Of a DNA stretch of 49,177 nt, positions 43,935-49,177 are shown piece by piece. The translations under genes and the position numbers were made by a program. How positions within the stretch are numbered: the stretch's first letter is position 1; every line of letters starts with the position of its first letter. The stretch covers positions 1 to 49,177 of the forward strand of contig JAYPYM010000001.1 in NCBI GenBank assembly GCA_038135915.1. Reading direction: 5' to 3'. The stretch is from Gammaproteobacteria bacterium (GTDB lineage: Bacteria; Pseudomonadota; Gammaproteobacteria; Pseudomonadales; UBA6940). The notes beneath the pieces are model-generated. The model was not told where the DNA came from and ran no database searches. It worked only from the letters and a program-made list of their open reading frames with translations.

Positions 43935-44483
43935 TAGATGTTGGCTGTATGGGTCTGACGAAAAAGGCTGTATCTAGGTGTGGGGCCGGAGAGCTTAGAT
44001 ATTTGAGTGTCAATATAGGATCATGGCGAATTTAAGCCAAGTTTATAGTTTATTAATCCTATAAGTAGATCGTGAGTTATTGACATAGCCTGTAAACTAA
44101 CCATCGTAAATTAAGCCTTAAAAAATAGTAGTAAACGGCATTCTTCATTAGTATATCCACAGCTTTGTCCACCGAAATTGTGAAAAGGTAAAATGATATT
44201 ATTTTACCTTTTGGCGCTCTACAAAGATTTAATCGGAAAGGTGAAAATGTTACCCTAAGTACCTTAAATTTAGTTGTTTGTGGGTGTTCAGTGTAACAGG
44301 CCAGTCGTAAAAAAATTTGATAACGTCAAAGGTTTTGGTTTCTTGTTACCTGGGGTTGGTGGGCATAGCGGGTCAGGTCTTATCTTTAAGTGTCATAATG
44401 ATCACGCTTAAGCGTGAAGGAATCAGTAGAGCAGTGGGTCGCGCACATATTTTTGAGTTGAAACTCTTAGTGGTAAGAACAGT

Positions 44484-44870
44484 ATGCATATATTTCCATT
44501 AAAGATAATCTTTGTACTTACATTTGGCGCAATGCTAGCCGGTTGCTCTGTTAATAACCTAGGAATTCCAGCCGATCGAGTTGCTAAAATAAGACCAGGT
44601 TCGACTGCTTCAATGGTGCGGGATTCTCTTGGAGAACCTCAAAACCTACAGTTTTCAGGAAAACAAGAAGCATGGCAATATTGCCGAGACCGTGATCCAT
44701 GGAAAGGTGGGAAACATAGATACACCGTAGTATGGTTCGTAGATGGAAACGTTTCTGGCCTTACAACTTACAATCATTTTGAGTTTGGTATTATTGACTG
44801 TACTCTTAGTTTTAAAACAGTGAGCTGGGAAGATTCCCCTGACAAAGTTGTAGAAATCAGAGACAGATAA
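44484..44870 (+). CDS. Lipoprotein, BamE/SmpA-OmlA-like
   Basis: 128 aa with lipobox LAGC. IRPGSTASMVRDSLGEPQ resembles the SmpA/OmlA motif. Confidence 0.55.
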   Translation: MHIFPLKIIFVLTFGAMLAGCSVNNLGIPADRVAKIRPGSTASMVRDSLGEPQNLQFSGKQEAWQYCRDRDPWKGGKHRYTVVWFVDGNVSGLTTYNHFEFGIIDCTLSFKTVSWEDSPDKVVEIRDR

Positions 44871-44922
44871 ATAGGGTGGCTTAATGGGGCCCCGTCTTGG
44901 TATTCGCTATCTCCGAAAGGGT

Positions 44923-44959
44923 GTTCATCTTCAGCTTTTTCATATTTCGCTGAAGATGA
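44923..44959 (+). terminator. Hairpin terminator candidate
   Basis: TTCATCTTCAGC-N13-GCTGAAGATGAA with perfect 12-bp arms, followed by TTGGTTGG, about 50 nt after the lipoprotein stop. Confidence 0.5.
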
Positions 44960-45191
44960 ATTGGTTGGTGCATTGAAATTGTTTAGTAATGGATGTGGTT
45001 TCGGATTTATTCGGCCCGAACAAATAAAATAATGAGCATATACGAAAGAATCTTTTCTAGGAAAGTTAAAGAGGCATTGATTAAAAAGAAGATGACGAAG
45101 CTCGAGTTATGGGTGGTATGACAGAAGCGGACGAAAAAGGAACTTAAGATGTTATTACGATATCTTTTCTGGGTTGCTCAACTCTCCAACG

Positions 45192-46580
45192 TTAGACTTG
45201 CGTGCTCTTTACTCGAATTTCTTGGGTAATGACACGCCCCTCGTCATCATCACCGACCCACTTATCCAGTAGCTTTGCAGCGACAAGGTCGCCCGTTACG
45301 TTAATTGCAGTTCTGCACATATCCAGAATACGGTCAACACCCATGATTAATGCTATTCCAGTCGCTGGCACTCCAATACTTGTGAGCGTAATCGATAGAA
45401 TGACAATTCCAACACCTGGCGTAGCGGGGGAGCCAATTGATGCACCTACCGCCATGACCACCACCAGTGCCATACCACTTAACCCAATTTCAATATTAAA
45501 AACCTGGGCCAAAAAAACTGTTGCTACAGCTTGATAAAGTGCTGTGCCGTTCATATTGATGGTTGCACCTAAGGGAATGACAAATTGTGAGATTGAGGGT
45601 TTAACATGTAGCTTCTCTTCAGCTGTTTTTATGGAGAGAGGCATAACTGCTGCTGAGCTTGAAGTTGAAAATGCCAAGAGAACCACTTCCCTGATCGACC
45701 TTATGAAGGGTAACGGTGACTCCATAGTTAGCACGCTTACGAGGGTAATATAAATTGCAAACAGAATACCGAGACCAAGGAGGACGGTCAACACGTAGAT
45801 CGCCATTCCTAATAGGGCTTCTAACCCAATCTGGCTGGTAAGCCTTGCCATCAGTCCAAACACTGCAACAGGCGCTAACAACATCGCCCATTTCACGACG
45901 GTCATACAAACTTGCTGGAGGGAGCCTAATAAGTCCAGCATCGGTTTTGATTCCTTTACTGACATAGAAATCAAGGCAATACCGAAAATTATCGCAAATA
46001 TAACCACCTGTAGCATTTCTCCTTTGACCATTGCATCAAGTGGATTACCGGGGAGAAGCCCTATGAGTTTATTGGGTACATCTGATAAACTTGGTGTCGT
46101 TACTGAGCTTGTATCATAGGATTCCTGTGGTGCAACTTGAATTGATTCTGGCTGAAGAAACTTGCCTGGATCAATAAGGTTGGCAACACCGAGACCGATA
46201 ACTGCGGAGATTGCAGTAGTTGTTATGAAAAATAGCGCTGATACAATCCCTAAACGACGAAGCTGTTCAATGCTTTCACTAGCTGCTAGTCCCCGTATTA
46301 TAGAAGCGAAAACCAGGGGTATGACAATCATTTGAATCACTGCAAGGAATATTTGTCCCGGGAAAGCAAGCCAACTTCCGATAATAGTTGCAGAGGAGGG
46401 TGTCACCCAGCCTACTGAGGGGCCTATAATAATCCCGCAAAACATGCCAGCAAACATAGCGATTACAACTTTAAGCCAGAGGCGACCCTCAACAAGTCGA
46501 GACAGGCTGCTACTAAGATACTTCAGAGATGTTGGATTCAAAGCCTTTAGGGTTGACGCTAGCATGTTTTGGTTGTGCAT
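45192..46580 (-). CDS. Dicarboxylate/amino acid:cation symporter (DAACS/GltP family)
   Basis: 462 aa and polytopic. Conserved blocks such as SSSAAVMP, GATINMNGTALYQ and DRILDMCRTAINVTGD are typical of the sodium:dicarboxylate symporter family. Confidence 0.9.
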   Translation of the reverse strand: MHNQNMLASTLKALNPTSLKYLSSSLSRLVEGRLWLKVVIAMFAGMFCGIIIGPSVGWVTPSSATIIGSWLAFPGQIFLAVIQMIVIPLVFASIIRGLAASESIEQLRRLGIVSALFFITTTAISAVIGLGVANLIDPGKFLQPESIQVAPQESYDTSSVTTPSLSDVPNKLIGLLPGNPLDAMVKGEMLQVVIFAIIFGIALISMSVKESKPMLDLLGSLQQVCMTVVKWAMLLAPVAVFGLMARLTSQIGLEALLGMAIYVLTVLLGLGILFAIYITLVSVLTMESPLPFIRSIREVVLLAFSTSSSAAVMPLSIKTAEEKLHVKPSISQFVIPLGATINMNGTALYQAVATVFLAQVFNIEIGLSGMALVVVMAVGASIGSPATPGVGIVILSITLTSIGVPATGIALIMGVDRILDMCRTAINVTGDLVAAKLLDKWVGDDDEGRVITQEIRVKSTQV

Positions 46581-46638
46581 CTTTCAAGCCTGTTTTAGTT
46601 CTTTGCTCATACGTGATTGATTTCGAATGCAGTATTCA

Positions 46639-47466
46639 TCAATCTTCACTCCATAACTCAGCCAATAGCTTATCCACTGAAGCTAAGTTGATAAATGGTT
46701 TTTCATCCACTTTAGATAGGTTATTGGTACGAATAATTGCTTTTAATTTTTCGACATAATCAAATCTTTGAGCCGAATAATTCACAAGCCCATTTGCAAG
46801 CGAACTTGCCGTGATGTGTTTGTTATCACGCCTGAGATTTGCTCTAATTTCCCTCAACCGAATATAGCTTTGATGCCGATTAATGTTTCTAAAATAAGAG
46901 GCCACTGCTGATGAAACATGCTCGAATTTTTTGACTTCATGTTGTTCGCCATACCCTCGATTTATTGGTACCAGCCCACAACCCGATGTATAGCACCACT
47001 GCCCAAAATAATTGTTTGCCTCAACTGAAAAACGTGACGTTCCCCAGCCTGACTCTAGTGCAGCTTGTGCAATCACCAGTGAAGCAGGCAAAGAATCGAT
47101 ATGATTTGACACCTGTTCTGACCGTATTTGATCTATTGAGCAATCTTGATTTGAGAGGTATTGCTCACACATCTTGGATAACCAAATTCTATCGCTTTTA
47201 TCGATTCTCTGAGATTTATCACGCTTATTCAATAGTTCGAGAGCCTTATCTCTGACAGAATCGATGTAATCTATTTCAGCCGTGACAACAGGTAACATAA
47301 AGCTAATAAAAGCGGCCTTTCTCTGTTTGCCAGACTGGATATTCCTAAAGTCAACACTAGTGGTATTATCAGATACACGAACGGGATAATCTGAACCATC
47401 TGTACACCCCAGTGTCATCATAAAGGTGCTAATGAAAAAAGAAAGCCGTATTCTCTCGATGAGCAT
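46639..47466 (-). CDS. Bax-like glucosaminidase-domain lipoprotein
   Basis: 275 aa with lipobox LGC. AQAALESGWGTSRF...NNYFGQWC is the mannosyl-glycoprotein endo-beta-N-acetylglucosaminidase motif. Confidence 0.8.
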   Translation of the reverse strand: MLIERIRLSFFISTFMMTLGCTDGSDYPVRVSDNTTSVDFRNIQSGKQRKAAFISFMLPVVTAEIDYIDSVRDKALELLNKRDKSQRIDKSDRIWLSKMCEQYLSNQDCSIDQIRSEQVSNHIDSLPASLVIAQAALESGWGTSRFSVEANNYFGQWCYTSGCGLVPINRGYGEQHEVKKFEHVSSAVASYFRNINRHQSYIRLREIRANLRRDNKHITASSLANGLVNYSAQRFDYVEKLKAIIRTNNLSKVDEKPFINLASVDKLLAELWSED

Positions 47467-47513
47467 CTAGGTACACCAGTCATATAATTTCGTTCCAGTT
47501 AATCAATCAGCTC

Positions 47514-48149
47514 TTAAAGCGCCTCGGTTACTTGCTTATACTGATACTTTTGACCGCTAATACTGGCCTCATACATCAGTCCTCCTTTTCCCGCTGTTAG
47601 AATAGCCATCCCTTTATAATATCCCGTTTCTGCTTGTTCAGTTTTAGATGAATGTAACCCTGCTGAAGCACTGGCACCTGAAGAACCTGCTTTTAACTCG
47701 GCACTAGCGTTGACGGCGATTGCTGAGGCTCCGGCACCAAACTCGAAATTACCAGAAGTGAACTCTTTTAGAGCGCGCTCATCTTGTAGGAAAACGATTT
47801 GAGAGTAAGCTTGTGCACCCAGTTGAAATCCAACGGATAGTTGGGTCATGGTCATCTCCCCGATCATCTGCCCACCTTTGAAAACCCGACCTTTACCTCT
47901 GGCACCACCAATACCAATACCTGCTTTACCAATCGTTGGAAATACTGCATACGCATGTGCCGTCTCAAAAAATCTATTTGCTACACCAGAGTGCTTAAAG
48001 TCACTAATGGTTTTAAGAAATGAATCTCTTGCTGATTTTTGGGCTGTATTACTTTCAGCGAATACAGGTGATTGTGTCAGGAAAAAGATCACCGGCAAAA
48101 AGAGAGCATGGTTGATTATAGAACGTAAATGCTTATGTGTTTTGTACAT
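47514..48149 (-). CDS. SYLF (Ysc84/DUF500) lipid-binding domain protein
   Basis: 211 aa with a signal peptide. Gly-rich repeated blocks (GIGIGGARGKGRVF..., FQLGAQAYSQIVFL, FEFGAGASA) are typical of SYLF domains. Confidence 0.7.
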   Translation of the reverse strand: MYKTHKHLRSIINHALFLPVIFFLTQSPVFAESNTAQKSARDSFLKTISDFKHSGVANRFFETAHAYAVFPTIGKAGIGIGGARGKGRVFKGGQMIGEMTMTQLSVGFQLGAQAYSQIVFLQDERALKEFTSGNFEFGAGASAIAVNASAELKAGSSGASASAGLHSSKTEQAETGYYKGMAILTAGKGGLMYEASISGQKYQYKQVTEAL

Positions 48150-48234
48150 AATTCCCTCAATATTAGATAATTTTTAAATATCATTATTGCATCTTCACAG
48201 CAGCGACGACAAGATCACTGCTGTGAGGCAACTA

Positions 48235-49098
48235 TTATATGTTTGTCTTAATAATCACTTCCACCCTGCGATTCTCAGCACGACCCTCCTTATTGGTATT
48301 ACTGGCTACGGGTTGCTGCTCTCCGAATCCATCTGATTTAATTCGATCTGGGGATATGCCTCCGAATTCTCTCAAGAATTTTGCAACTTTGAATGCTCGC
48401 TCTTTTGAAAGTTGAAGGTTGACTTTATCGTGGCCAGTACTGTCTGTATGGCCGACGACCATAACAGTAGAGCCAGGATACTCGTCAATGGCCTTGGCTA
48501 TTTTCTGCAGGAGTGCAAAGTTACTTGAGTCAATTTCACTTTGTCCTGGTGCGAAGTTGAAACCCTGTGCTCTGATGATGACGTCCTCTAGCTGCAAGTA
48601 CACTCGCGCTTCCTTCTCTTCGAATAATTTTTGAACGAACTCGAGTTTTCTCCTTTTTTCCTCAGAGGTGCCCTCAAGATTGGCAATCTTTGCCTCAAAG
48701 GCACTTTTTTGCTGTTGTAGAGCGAGATGTAGCTTCTGTTGTGTATTAGCAAGCTCATCACTCAGCTGTTTGTTACTCGCTTTGCTGTCTGTTAGCTGAG
48801 CAAGGTTGTCACTAATGCTATTGGTGATTGAATTCACTACATGTTTGTTGGGCTTATGTAGAGGCAAGTCTAGGTTGAGTGGTTTAGCAACCTTACTCAA
48901 CTGACTTTGATACCAGAGAACGATATCCTCATGCCCAAAATCATTTGTTTCAAACTCTTTCACAACATCCGCAATATTTGTAGCCCGATTCACCAAGGAA
49001 ACTGCTTTGTCTACATGCTTCTGCGCCTGGATTTGCGCTGTCTTGTCATTGCTCAACAAGCGCTCCGCGATCCCCAGTTGTTCTTCTGCAAGCACCAT
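48235..49098 (-). CDS. OmpA-family (OmpA_C peptidoglycan-binding) protein with coiled-coil N-terminal region
   Basis: The C-terminus has VVGHTDSTGHDKVNLQLSKERAFKV...NRRVEV. No signal peptide is present at the annotated start, and an in-frame TGA lies 14 codons upstream. Confidence 0.8.
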   Translation of the reverse strand: MVLAEEQLGIAERLLSNDKTAQIQAQKHVDKAVSLVNRATNIADVVKEFETNDFGHEDIVLWYQSQLSKVAKPLNLDLPLHKPNKHVVNSITNSISDNLAQLTDSKASNKQLSDELANTQQKLHLALQQQKSAFEAKIANLEGTSEEKRRKLEFVQKLFEEKEARVYLQLEDVIIRAQGFNFAPGQSEIDSSNFALLQKIAKAIDEYPGSTVMVVGHTDSTGHDKVNLQLSKERAFKVAKFLREFGGISPDRIKSDGFGEQQPVASNTNKEGRAENRRVEVIIKTNI

Positions 49099-49177
49099 AG
49101 TTTTACCCGCATACTTGTGAACCCTTGATGTATAGCGTTTTCAATGTTGTAAATGGTGAACATGCCTATCGGGATTC

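Noticed and set aside
44317-44502. 61-aa TTG-start ORF upstream of the lipoprotein gene
   Set aside because: It has a non-ATG start, no SD, a hydrophobic low-complexity peptide, and overlaps the start of the lipoprotein gene. It is probably spurious.
45035-45125. 29-codon ORF (MSIYERIFSRKVKEALIKKKMTKLELWVV) resembling the start of an XRE-type HTH protein
   Set aside because: It is too short to be a functional HTH domain and is followed by a stop. It may be a gene remnant, but I cannot support that from the sequence alone.
1-49177. Search for integrase, transposase/IS ends, tRNA/tmRNA, rRNA, retron/DGR reverse transcriptase and cas genes
   Set aside because: I recognised no ORF or structure matching these in any frame. 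In particular, no cloverleaf-like sequence was seen at 23.5, 29.1-29.9 or 43.9-44.5 kb. I therefore make no claim of an ICE attachment site, IS element or CRISPR/retron system.

Overview
AT-rich window (roughly 35-40% GC by eye). About 43 kb of it is the backbone of a conjugative replicon. No integrase, transposase, tRNA, rRNA or CRISPR array is visible, so I cannot tell a plasmid from an integrated element, though the RepA/iteron origin and ParA locus favour a plasmid. Layout: (1) 1-17.2 kb, minus strand: a complete-looking F-type (MPF-F) type IV secretion operon. Its order is two tandem-RHH regulators, dsbC, traA (pilin), traL, E, K, B, V, a 56-aa micro-ORF, traC, a 666-aa Cys-rich secreted protein, traN, traW, traU, trbC, an S26 peptidase, traF, traH, and traG (truncated by the window edge). 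(2) 17.8-23.5 kb, plus strand: cargo operon of LuxR-type response regulator, SAM methyltransferase, TonB-dependent receptor and 7TM-DISM histidine kinase. (3) 23.7-29.1 kb, minus strand: accessory island holding a 346-aa helical protein, a 49-aa micro-ORF, a DUF262/ParB-like nuclease-domain protein, a 5x tandem-repeat protein, a membrane-anchored protein and a lipoprotein. (4) 29.9-33.0 kb: type Ib-like partition locus (ParA plus a small ParG-like protein) flanked by ten 14-bp palindromes, then RepA and an oriV with about 11 phased 22-bp iterons and a perfect DnaA box. (5) 33.1-33.9 kb: higBA. (6) 33.9-36.3 kb: cassette-like putative leading region with a repeated promoter/5'-UTR module. (7) 36.3-42.8 kb: lytic transglycosylase, RHH proteins, candidate oriT, MOBF relaxase-helicase, TraD coupling protein and a secreted thermonuclease. 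(8) 42.9-49.2 kb: HU-like protein with a Lys-rich tail, then housekeeping-like genes (lipoprotein, DAACS symporter, Bax-like glucosaminidase, SYLF protein, OmpA-family protein). The candidates I rank highest for something undescribed are the repeated-leader cassettes upstream of oriT (possible early-expressed establishment or anti-defence genes), the extra Cys-rich secreted protein next to traN, and the DUF262-centred island. All family assignments come from motif recognition by eye. No database search was run.
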